Source of the DNA: Magallana gigas
Taxonomy: Eukaryota
Direction of reading: 5' to 3'
DNA length: 64,000 nucleotides
Assembly (NCBI RefSeq): GCF_963853765.1
Contig: NC_088859.1
Span: 35,774,001-35,838,000 of the forward strand
The notes under the pieces were generated by a model. That model had not been told where the DNA came from, ran no database searches, and was given only the letters and a program-made list of their open reading frames with translations. Below are positions 1-12,680 of the stretch, piece after piece. Numbering within the stretch: position 1 is the first letter of the stretch; every line of letters begins with the position of its first letter. Both the position numbers and the translations under genes were made by a program.

Positions 1-250
1 TAGAATCATAATACAAATGTAATGTACTTTTAAAAACTGTTTTACAATGTGTATAAAAATAAAAATATGTATATAACATATATAAGGCCAAAAAAAATAA
101 TACATTAGTTCTCTGACCAAACATTTTAAAATATAATGCGATAGGCAGATGTTACATTTTTATTCTTTATTGCAAGATTTGCATAGAAGAATCACCCATT
201 TTTCATATTTTAACTTCAAATTAAAAAGTCATTCCCCTATTCAATACGAT

Positions 251-1342
251 AACAAGAGAAAAGCTGTCAATGTGACAGCAAACCAGGTTTTCTTTTATGT
301 GAACTGTATCCATAATCCTATCAACACGTATCCAGTGAAATGGAGTACCCTATATGCAACATTTTGCCAAAAAATGACTAAGTTCAAAAGCTAGTATTTT
401 TTTCATAAATTATCGGAAATCAAAATCCTAGCAATATGCACACCTCTGATATATGTACAATTGATCTGCAAAAGAACAACTTCCTATCTTAAAAACTGTA
501 GGAGGAGTTATCCGTACAATGAGGGTACCCTATATGCAATATTTTGCCAAAAAATGACTAAGTCCAAAAGCTGGTATTTTTTTCATAAATTATCAGAAAT
601 CAAAATCCTAGCAATATGCACACCTCTGATATATGTACAATTGATCTGCAAAAGAACAACTTCCTATCTTAAAAACTGTAGGAGGAGTTATCCGTACAAT
701 GAGGGTACCCTATATGCAATATTTTGCCAAAAAATGACTAAGTCCAAAAGCTGCTTTTTTTTTCATAAATTATCAGAAATCAAAATCCTAGCAATATGCA
801 CACCTCTGATATATGTACAATTGATCTGCAAAAGAACAACTTCCTATCTTAAAAACTGTAGGAGGAGTTATCCGTACAATGAGGGTACCCTATATGCAAT
901 ATTTTGCCAAAAAATGACTAAGTTCAAAACCTGGTATTTTTTCGATAAATTATCGGAAATCAAAATCCTTGCAATATGCACACCTCTGATATATGTACAA
1001 TTGATCTGCAAAAGAACAACTTCCTATCTTGAAAACTGTAGGAAAAATTATCCGTACAATGAGGGTACCCTATATGCAAAATTTTGCCAAAAAATGACTA
1101 AGTTCAAAACCTGGTATTTTTTCGATAAATTATCGGAAATCAAAATCCTTGCAATATGCACACCTCTGATATATGTACAATTGATCTGCAAAAGAAAAAC
1201 TTCCTATCTTGAAAACTGTAGGAGGAGTTATCCGTACAATGAGGGTACCCTTTTGGCAGCCGCCCGCCCACCCGCCCGCCCGCCCGCCATTTTCACCATT
1301 TTAATAACCGGATTTTTCCGTTGGAAAACCCGGTTAATAAAA
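251..1342 (+). mobile_element. Helentron-like non-autonomous element (HINE) carrying a 180-bp tandem array (~5 copies, 341-1250)
   Basis: GAGGGTACCC recurs at 521/701/881/1061/1241. 5' AACAAGAG start and subterminal AACCAGGTTTTC. (CCGC)n microsatellite at ~1260-1290. 3' hairpin TAACCGGATTTTTCC-GTT-GGAAAACCCGGTTA. Confidence 0.75.
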
Positions 1343-1566
1343 TGAATCATTTGACTCTGTGTGGTTGTGCCCGAGAACCAATGTATTCTTTTTAATTTTC
1401 TTGCAAAATATATGACAAATTATGAATATAAACTCTTTTAGAAACATTTCCAGTTAATCTGATTGTGCTTTTATCTTATCAAATTACATATACATGCATG
1501 CCAAACTAATATAACATGCATATCTTTGATAAGTTATCGTAAGTAGAAATGAACATTAAAGGATAT

Positions 1567-4500
1567 TTTTCTGCTGCATTTTCTTGTCGCAGTATTCCAG
1601 TAAGGATGAACTCTGCATTCACAACAGTGACACCCGCCTTCAAGGCCGAGTCACATATCCCTTTATCATCAGGACAGGATATCACCAGCATTTTGTCATC
1701 AGCTTTCTTTGGCATGGTGGTCAAATACTGCAAGAAAATGTGCATTTTAAAATTCTAATAAGAAGTCATAAAGATTTACTGGCACATGTAAATGTACAGA
1801 ACATGCATGTGCCAGTAATTTAGAAATAGACAAAGTGAGCAATCCTTAAGAATGATTAACCTTTTTTTTAAATACATACCTCTCCTCCTGCACAGGTAAT
1901 AATGTCTGAAAAAAGAAAAGTGCATTTTATCATATCACATGTACCGGTATATGGATGAGTATGACACATAAAAGAGTGAAATTAACAGAAAATTGAGTGT
2001 CTGTAATTGGCAGACCTTTCATGTTGGCTGGATCTGGTTTTACGGATTTGGTGACATGGATCTTGTACCCTGCCAACATACTGGAGTCACTGGCTTTTTC
2101 CAGCGAGGAATGGAGGGCAAACTTGTACTGTCTCTCTGCTGGCTCATCCTTGATCAAGAAAGGGGTGTGGTCTGCAGATAAAAGGAGTAAACATACTTCA
2201 GAGGCAGAATTCTCTATGGGATTAAATTACGTTGACTTGTGACATAAATTGGTTTCCAGAGTGGAATCCATTTCATTGCTTTAAAAAATGTCCTTACTAA
2301 ACATAGAGCAAAATATAAATTTCATTGGGAATTTAATTTAGTTAATAATGTTATGAATACAACAAATGCAATTCAATCTCCAAAAAATTATCTTTGCCTT
2401 TTAAAAAATGTTTCAGCTGGTTTATTCAATAATCTGCAGAATCATTTTATATCCTTGATGGCATTCTCTATAATAAACCAGTATTGTTGTAGAAAGTCAG
2501 TAATTCGAATTTCTAATGACCTTTAGGTGATATACTGACCTACAAACATTCCTGATGACTTGCAGCTGTCTAACCATTGTGGATTTACAATAGGAATTCC
2601 TCTGGCCAAGCAGCACAAAAATTTCACTGTTCTTCTGACCTGAATTTAATCAATTTAGAAAAAATATTGCTCACAGCCTTTGTAAAGCTTGCATTTATTT
2701 TTGCTTTTCAAAAGGTACCGGTAATTAAAATTGAAGGAGGAAAAGATTTTTCTCCCACCTTATCTGTCACGAGATGTGAACATTCATGGACGGAATCTAC
2801 TAAGTGTCCTCCTAAATCTTTTACAACCTGAAAATGTATGTTATATCATGAGAACTTTGTTTGATACAGTTACATGTACATCGCGATCATTTACCGGTAC
2901 TTGATTTTTTTTCTTTAAGTACCGGTAGAAAAAAAAGAAATAATAATTTTTTTTTACTTGCACAGTAGCACCAGTAATTTTCTATGAATATGTTGCATTA
3001 ATACATGTTAAAAATAATTTAATAAACTATACATATAACTAAAAGAAAACAAATTTTCTTTTTCCTTCAAAAATTGTATGCCTACCAGTCAGTACATGTC
3101 AAAAGCTCTTTCTTGTTACAATTCATATCACTGATTTTCTACAGATAAACAACTATAAATGGTTACCTTTTGTCCATGTTCATCAGTTACCCCGGTAAAC
3201 ATGACTTTTGGTTTGCTTGGATCTACAGACTTCCTGCGGAGGGATGCTGATGGGGAGTCTGATGACTTGGCTGATTTCTTCACATGCTGTGGTGTAGAAG
3301 GAGGCTCCATCTTGGTTTTCTTTACAGGGGCTTCTTCTTTTGCCTATACAATGTTAAGTTAATCTTTTTTTAATAAGCCAAAAGCATACCACACTTTGTC
3401 ATCAGAACAATGCCAAGTTCTTTGAAAACACTTCAAACAAGTCAACAATTCAAAGGACTATGTGCGGTTTGGTGAAATATCTGCCCCCGATTTTAACCAA
3501 TTTTTAAATAGTATCGTATAAAAATAAAATCTTCACAAATAATTGTATAGAGGATGCCTATAACTTTAATCTTGATTTTAGTCATCATTGGTCATTTGCT
3601 GTTTATCTATGACGTCACCTAAATGACCTAATTCCCGAAAATTTGCAAACTAATGAAAATATTCTCATTTTTTGCTCTATATTTTGCATTCGGAAGTATT
3701 GAGCGCAGGTCTGCTCAAGTGCGATTTTAACATATATTTTTCGTCAGATAGATATACACATTATACTAAAAAATTGTACTTGAGCAAGCCTGCGCTCGAT
3801 GTTTCCGAGTCGAAAAACTATCGGAAAACACCCATATTTTACTACAAAACATCAATTTATCAAAATAATGCAATCTTCATGACGTCATTTCTACATTATG
3901 ACGTCACTGTGGTGATAACCTTTTACACCTTTATTGCCAATATGGTTATAAATATCTTTCACCTAATTTTTAAAGCTCTTTCTAAAACTTTAATTTTGGG
4001 GGCAAAAAATGCATAAAACCGCAAATAGTCCTTTGTATGAAAGCTGCAAGAATAAACTTGATGTTTTCTTTTCTATATGGCTAAGATGAAAATCTTTTGT
4101 AAACCTATCAAACCTTATACAATGAATCTTTAAAGTCATTAATATCTCTACAAGTGTTATCTTGTTATCAAATGTACATTGATATATGCTACGCTCTAAC
4201 CTCATCAGTTTTGTGCCTGCCTCGTCCTCTTTTAGGAGCTGCCTTGGGCTGGGTACTTTCCTGAGAATCACTGCTCATTTCTGTGTCTGATGCAATGGAT
4301 GAAGTGTCTTTTGCATTATTTTTTCTGGTTTTAGATGATGATTTCACTGCTGCAGTCTTTTTGTCTTTAGTGTCATCAATTTCCTGGCTCTCAGACTCCA
4401 CCTCAACTTTCTTTGCTGCAGAACTTTCCCTCCGTCTTGACTTTCGGGTTGGACCACTGCTTGCTTCTGAATCCTGACTGAGAGTGGTCTGTTTTTGAGC

Positions 4501-7500
4501 TGCTCTTCCCCTTCCCCTCCTTGTCACTGCAGATTCTGTAGATAGAACACTGTCTTGACTCTCTTCTGAGTTTTCCTCATTGTCTTGCCTAATTGCGGAT
4601 TTCCTTTTGTTTGTTTTGCTTTTATGTGATTCTGTGACATTACAAGCCTCATTTTCCTGAGCATTGTCATTCGAATTCTCTTTTCTTTTGCCTCTTCCTT
4701 TACGTTCTGATTTTGTATCACTAGTCACTTCTTCACTTGCATGCTCTTTTTCTTTCTTTGGTGATCCTTTTCTAGCCTTCACATTCTGAGATGAGCTACT
4801 AGAAGCCTGCTGAGAATTGCTGGGGAGTTCTTCACTAATATCATTTAAAAGGTCTTTTTTCCTTGTTCTTTTTGAACCTGTATTTTTACTAGTTTCCATT
4901 TCACATTCTTTTTCTGAATTTTCATTAATTGTTTGTTCACTATCATCTTCTGTTTTCTCTTTATCACTTTTCTTTGCTCCTCTTCTCCCTGTATGCACAT
5001 TCTCTGATTTAGCCAGGCTTTTTCGACCTCTGGTCTTTTTAGAAGTTTCTGTTTCTGTAATAGTCTCATCTGCTTCATTGTCTTCCATAAAAGGCTGGGT
5101 TGCCTCTTCAACTACACTCTTTTTGCTAGATTTCTGATCTTCATTTTTAGAATTCTTTATTTTAGAATGTTCATTTTCATCTCTACTAGATGTCTCACTG
5201 ATCTTTCTCTTTCCTCTTCTTGTTTTTACTACCTTTGCTTCTGAGTTAGATGGTTCTTCCATTTTATCCATATCCTTGCTCTTCCTTGTTCCATGTTCTT
5301 GACTGGAGCTGTCTTCTTGTTGTTTTGTGTCTGCAACATTCTGTTCTTTATCTGTATCAGCATGTGCTTTACCTCCACGTTTTCCTTTTCTACCTTTTGC
5401 CCCTGCAGCTTTTTTCACTACCTCTTGCTCTGCAACACTAACTTCTGAGGAAGTTTCCTCTTCAATGACACAGTTTTCTTTGGATTTCTGATCTTCTGTA
5501 TTTTCATTGTTCTCTTCCTCCAGGGGTGGTGTGTCCTCCTCTGATATAGCTATAACATTTTTACCTCTGCCCCTTTTCTTAGTGGAACTGGATTCCTCAC
5601 TGTTAGCCTTTTGTGACATTGCTCCTCTTTTTCCCTTTGCAGTGGATGGTACAGTCATGGCCTTAGCCTCAACTGTTGGGTCAACTGATAACCTTCCTCG
5701 TTTTCCACGTGCAGAGACTTCTGGTTGTGAGAGATTTGGTAATGATCTACGACTTCTTCCACCCGACCTTCCAGTTGATACCTCTTCCTCCTCCTTATCC
5801 TCAAATTTCAGTTTTGATCCTGTCACCTCATTTAACACAACTTCAGATTCCCTCTGGAAATTTAAAATAAAGTAAACCTAAGATAACTACAGATGCCCAG
5901 GGCAAGCCCCACACATGGATTCTACGGGTTAACAGTATGAAAAATTAATATAATTGTCTCTTTCATATACTGTACCTCAAGAATCTTCAAAAAAGTTATT
6001 CACCTTAAAGCAAGCAATGATTTAACTGGTAAATAAAATTAATAATCACGACACTGCACAAAAATGATTTGGAACATTGCATATCATTAGCTATGTGTGT
6101 GATTATTTGATCTTTTCTGAATATTATACATCAAATACACTTACTGTTTGGAAGTGGACTTTTTTGGGGGATGGTGACCTCCTTCCAGGACTGGCTAGAG
6201 CCGACTTATGTGGTGATGCTGGAGGTATCAGCACAGGCTAAATACAACAAAAACAGCATCAGTAACAGGTATGAAAATAGACAGCTTCAATAACAGACTC
6301 AGCTCTTTACCAAAATCACTTAACTGAACAGAACTTGTAAATCAGACTTCCAATTCATTGTCACATACTACATTTTGAACATTAGTTAAATTTGTCAATG
6401 AGTTTCTCATTTCAGTATGTGTTGAATTTGGCTTTTTATTTCAACAAAGTAGTCCACTACAGCAAAAGAGACGACATTGAATTTCATACCAGTATATCTG
6501 GCTCACTGTCCACAAACTTCACTGGTTCCACGGGTGTTCCATCTTTCACCTCCACTCCAAGGAGCTCAGAGATAGGTGGGGTGGTGCTCCCTTCCTGATC
6601 TATAACATCTACATAACATAAAGATGGAAATTCTATAATGTCAAATCATTATTATCTTGGAGAAATGATAAACACTGTTTAGGATGAGTTTTACAAAATG
6701 ATTACTGTAAAAGTGGTTATTTACACATGGGGGAAATTTACAATAGTTATGCAATAAGCTTAAAACCGTGTAAAATACCCCCACGCGTATGGTAAAAAAA
6801 GCAAAACTTTTGTGTGGTAAATGACACATCCACGTATTTAATACCTACGTGTATTGTTTGACTCCAAAAATAACCACTTTTACAATAATTGGAATATATA
6901 TGAAAGATTTGCTCCACATGCCTTATTCATAATTATGCTATGAAGGTAATGCTATATTCAATATTCCAAAAAATGTTTATAGTAATACAAGTAGTTCTGA
7001 AATTCAAATCATTCAATTTGGCAGTGTAAAGGGATGTCAGCAAGGTAAACATTAATAAATGGCCAGTCCTGAAACTATCAAATAATAAACTAAAGTACAG
7101 CACATGCCGGTTTACGCAGCACTGTTAAGGCTTACTTTGTAGTCGCACCGACCAGAAAGTACAGGAAATGTTAATATGACATCACATAAAACAACACGTC
7201 GTCAAAAATGCTAATTAATAAAGTAATTTCCAATTGTTATTGGTACGAAAACCTTAAACAACATTAAAAACTACCTATGCGTGCAACTTTGTAGTCAAAT
7301 AAGTTCAACAATGATAAATATGAACAACTGATTGATCGCAGTGCACTTGTCGATGGCACGTCATACTGTAAATTTTGATGCATATTTTGTGTAGAGAGAG
7401 GTGGATCAATCAATTTTTTAACTTAGAAAAATGCATGTTATAAATGAACAGAGCATAATCTTAAAACAATTATTATACAATTAAATGATATCTAATGTGC

Positions 7501-10500
7501 TTGTTTTGATTCAACATATAATTAATTTTTAGAGCGTGTATTATTTCTTTTCTAGAGTGTTTAATGTACAAGGTCGATGCGTTTGACATCGGGAAGCCTA
7601 TCTAAATTCGCTTTTTACAAGGGCATACACTAAACAGATCATTACGATCTTTTGGATATAAATTAAGGGAATGTTTAATGTATTAAAAAGTGCTGCTGCT
7701 TTGATGAAATCTATAGAATGAATTAATAAATACGTAAAATATTAAGCGAAGGTCATCTAAATTCCAGCGGAGTTCATTTCTTTGATATTTATTTTAATAA
7801 AAGATGAACTCTATACAAAGCAGCAGCACTTTTCAGAATCTACCAGAAAAGTAGAATTTAATTAGCATTTAAATTTTTAATTCAAATAAGAGTATGCCCT
7901 TGTAATATTGAAATTTGTCTATGACCTCCATTCGGGAGAATTATCAACATATATCACGTGACTATCAATTCAGGGGACCACACCAAGTGTCATGCAAAGT
8001 AGCATTTACTATATACTGTTTCATTTAATATCACATTTATATCATGATGAAATAACTTTACATAAATATTTTGTAATAACAGATGCATCGTTTTATGAAC
8101 GTTAAAATCCGCTGATACTTTCATTGTAAGCCTTAACAGTGCTGCGTAGTTCTTACCATCAGTGTCCATACAATAGGCCTGTGTAGGCTCCAAGTCTTCA
8201 TCACATACTGTGGTAGATCGTCCACCCGATTCTTTACTTTCAATAACTAGAATTCGGAGATGAAAAAATCTTTTTTCAAATATTTTGAACACCAACTATA
8301 TAAAATTAATAAAAATTTAGAAAATTGTTGATTGTAGACTTGATGTTAATTTGCTGTCTCCCTGATCAGAAAGACTTCATTGTGTAAAGATTACAGGAAC
8401 AGACGAGATCTTTTGTTAATGAAATACAGATTTATGCAGAAGTTTAGAGAATAAAAACAAAATTTCACCTTTATCAGATGTTGAATCATCAATCCTCCCA
8501 TCGACTTGGTCCATCTCTGTTTTGGTCTCTTCTGCCAGTGATGCTTTACTTTTCTCTGAAATGTCTCCATCTCCTCCATCTACATCTTCTGTGACAACAT
8601 CTGTATGTTTGCCACCCCTCCCTTTCCTGCCTTGTCCTTTTTTTGTTTCTTGACTATTCTGGACAAGTTTTTCCTCATTTGCTACTGACTTTCTTTTGGA
8701 TATCCTACCTTTGGGCTGAATTTCCTCAGTGTCCTCTGTTATTTCAGTTTGCGGTTTAGATTTTGATGACGATTTCCCTCTCCTTCCTCTTTTTGGAACA
8801 ACTTGTTCTGGTTCATCTTCCACTGGTACATTTATATCTGTGCACACCAGAGTTTCCTCAGTGCCCTCAGTTATTTTAGTTTTGGGTTCAGATTTTGTTG
8901 ACAATTTCCCTCTCCTTCCTCTTTTTGGAACAACGTCATCTTGTTCTGGTTCATTGTCCACTGGTATATTTATATCTGTGCACACCAGAGTTTCCTCAGT
9001 GCCCTCAGTTATTTTAGTTTTGGGTCCAGATTTTGTTGACAATTTCCCTCTCCTTCCTCTTTTTGGAACAACGTCATCTTGTTCTGGTTCATCGTCCACT
9101 GGTATATTTATATCTGTGCACACCAGAGTTTCCTCAGTGCCCTCAGTTATTTTAGTTTTGGGTTCAGATTTTGTTGACAATTTCCCTCTCCTTCCTCTTT
9201 TTGGAAGAACGTCATCTTGTTCTGGTTCATCGTCCACTGGTATATTTATATCTGTGCACACCAGAGTTTCCTCAGTGCCCTCAGTTATTTTAGTTTTGGG
9301 TTCAGATTTTGTTGACAATTTCCCTCTCCTTCCTCTTTTTGGAACAACGTCATCTTGTTCTGGTTCATCGTCCACTGGTATATTTATATCTGTGCACACC
9401 ACAGTAGGTTCACACTCTAATGGTATTGTTTCTGCCGTAACATCACTGCCTTCTTTTGGATTTATAGGTTGTTCATTATCCAATACCTGATCCTCTTCAC
9501 ATTCAACAGCAACAGCATTCACTGAGATTTTGTCAAAAACTTGTGTGGCCTCACATTCCACAGCAACTGTCTCTGCTTCTGAAATTTTTTCATCAAACAC
9601 CTGTGTGGCCTCGCATTCAACCGCAACTGTCTCTGCTTCTGAAATTTTTTCATCAAACACCTGTGTGGCTTCACATTCGACAGATACTGTCTCTGCTTTC
9701 ACAGCTTCATTATCAAATACCTGTGTGGATTCACATTCAATAGCAACAGTCTCTGCTTCATTGAAGGCCTGTGTTGCCTCACATTCAACAGCTACTGTCT
9801 CTGCTTCAGCAGCTTTATCACTGAAGACCTGTGTGGCCTCACATTCCATAGCCACTGTTTCTGCCTCTGTGGTTTTGTTGTCGAATACCTGGGTTGATTC
9901 ACATTCCTCCTTATCCACCGCAAGAGTATCACCACCAGCTACATCAGAAAACTCTTGTGTTTCATCATTATTACCCTCATTGACATCAATCTCTATTGTT
10001 GCAGCATCTTTGGTATTTGTCTTCTTATCATTCTTTGCTGTAGCTCTATCTTTACTTTTCATCACATTGACATCCAACGTTTCATCACTTACAGCGACAG
10101 TTTGGTCAGTAAAGACCTGTGTTTCAGCTTCTGGGTCCTCCTCTGTTGCATTACTGCTCTTCTCTGCCTCCTGATCATCTTCGCATTCCTCTACCTCATC
10201 AGGTAAGTCACAGGCGAGTGTGGGATTGGCAAACAAGTGACTTCGGTCCTCCTCGTTCTCTTCATCTTCATCGATCTCCACTACAGGAACATCATCATCC
10301 TGTAAGTAGACACTCAGAGAGTTAAAATAAACCCCTACAAAATATTCTGAGGCTGTGTTATGATTTCTTTAATGTCAACATTAACTAGAACTGTCCTAAT
10401 GGGACTAATACCCCCGCTAGGCTAATTTCAAATGGGACAAATAATTGAATTGAATAATAAAGGTTTGGAATACATACAAAAAAAAATTTCTAGAATTGTA

Positions 10501-12643
10501 AAAAAAAAAAAAAAAATTAGTTAACAAAGAAAAATTAAAATCAAAATTGTCAGAATTTCACTGTAAATACATATCTATAACAGTTATACATTTACAAATG
10601 TATGTATTTGATGATATATTTTTTTTAATTTAATTGATTTAAAGAAAAACCAACAAAATGACAATAACCCCTCCCTTTGCAGTGAATAGAAATACCGGTA
10701 GCCAAGCAATGCTCTTCTGTTGATAAAACTTTCAATATCTTTCTAATAAGAGTCTTGACAGATGCAATTAGTTGTTTCAAATTTTCCTCACTTTCTCCTA
10801 TGGCACAATGGAACTCCATATCAGACAAGAGGCCAATTGGCCTTAACGGTCACCTGAGTAGCATATATCCAATACACAAACTTGTCATGGAGTCTCATAT
10901 ATGCATCTAATTAATTAGGTTTCATACTGGAGTAGAAAAATTATAAATTTGTAATGACAACCACATTTAATTCAAAAAGAACTGTGAAACCTATAATTTT
11001 GGTGAAAAACTAAAAGATCTGGTCTACAAAATAATGAATTCAGTTTTCCTTTTAGGTGTGTGGGAGTAAAGAAGATAATTTTTTAACGTTATATGCATTA
11101 ACATCTATACATCCATTTTGGCCCTGCCCTAGAGTCAAAACCCATACCCCAGGGGACATGAAAATTAAAATTTCAGTAGAGGACTTCCTGGTAAACATAT
11201 TAGTCGTTTTTTTTTATACAGATGTGTGAGAATAGAGAAGAAGATTTTTAAACATTATATGCATTAACACTTTATTGCCATATTGCCCCCTCCCCCTCAT
11301 GTCCTAAACCCCTGACCCAGGGGCCATGAATTTCACAATTTAGGTAAAGGAGATTGTGGATATCATAACCATGTATTCAGTTTTTTGCCCACATGTGTGG
11401 GAGTAGAGAAGATTTTTTAAAGATTTAAATCATTTTTACTATATGGCCATATTGGCCCCACCCTAGAGCATGAACACCTGACCAACGGGTCATGAATTTC
11501 ACAATTTTAGTAGAGAGCCTCATGGACATCATAATCATGCATTTAGTTTTTAACAAATATAAATGGGAGTAGAGAAGAAGATTTTCTAAGATTTAATACA
11601 TTTTTACTATATGGCCATATCGGCCCCACCCTAGAGCCTGAACCCCTGACCGAGGGGTCATGAATTTCACAATTAAGGTAGAGGGCTTCATGGACATCAT
11701 AACCATGCATTTAGTTTTTAACAAATATATATGGGAGTAGAGAAGAAGATTTTCTAAGATTTAATACATTTTTACTATTTGGCCATATCGGCCCCACCCT
11801 AGAGCCTGAACCCCTGACCCAGGGGCCATGAATTTCACAATTTAGGTAGAGGGCTTCATGGACATCATAATCATGCATTTAGTTTTTAACAAATATATAT
11901 GATAGTAGAGAAGAAGATTTTCTAAGATTTAATACATTTTTACTATAAGGCCATATTGGCCCCACCCTAGAGCCTGAATTCCTGACTGAGGGGTCATGAA
12001 TTTCACAATTAAGGTAGAGGGCTTCATGGACATCATAACCATGCATTTAGTTTTTAACAAATGTATATGGGAGTAGAGAAGAAGATTTTCTAAGATTTCA
12101 TACATTTTTACTGTTTGGCCATATTGGCCCAACCCTTGAGCCTGAACCCCTGACCCAGGGGTCATGAATTTCACAATTTAGGAAGAGAGCTTCATGGACA
12201 TCATAATCATGCATTTAGTTTTTAACAAATATATATGGTAGTAGAGAAGAAGATTTTGTAAGATTTAATACATTTTTACTATTTGGCCATATTGGCCCCA
12301 CCCTAGAGCCAGAACCCCTGACCCAGGGGCCATAAATTTCACAATTTTGGTAGAGGGCCTCATGGACATCATAACTATGCATTCAGTTTTTTCCTCACGT
12401 GTGTGGAAGTAGAGAAGAAGATTTTTGAAAATTTGGCTTTTTTTGCATATTTGGCCCCGCCCGTGGCACCCCAGGGGTGGTAGAGCCATAAATTTCACAA
12501 TTTAGATTCTTCTTACCATAGAGATGCTTCACGCCAAAAATGGTAACGATTGGCCTGGTAGTTTTCAAGAAGAAGTTAAAAATGTAAAATTGTTAACGCA
12601 CGACGCACGACGCACAACGCACGACGACGGACGAAGACCAATT

Positions 12644-12680
<37 letters not shown>

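Noticed and set aside
461-1345. 294-aa ORF with 60-aa repeats
   Set aside because: It is the translation of a 180-bp transposon-borne tandem array; no independent evidence of a gene.
4283-5875. Several Ser/Phe/Leu-rich plus-strand ORFs
   Set aside because: Antisense to the K/E/S-rich MDC1 exon 4201-5853.
8729-10174. Plus-strand ORFs of 253 and 214 aa
   Set aside because: Antisense shadows of the repetitive MDC1 exon.
11030-12510. Regular repeat array superficially like CRISPR
   Set aside because: Contiguous 168-bp units with no unique spacers and no cas genes, in a eukaryotic intron; it is a satellite.
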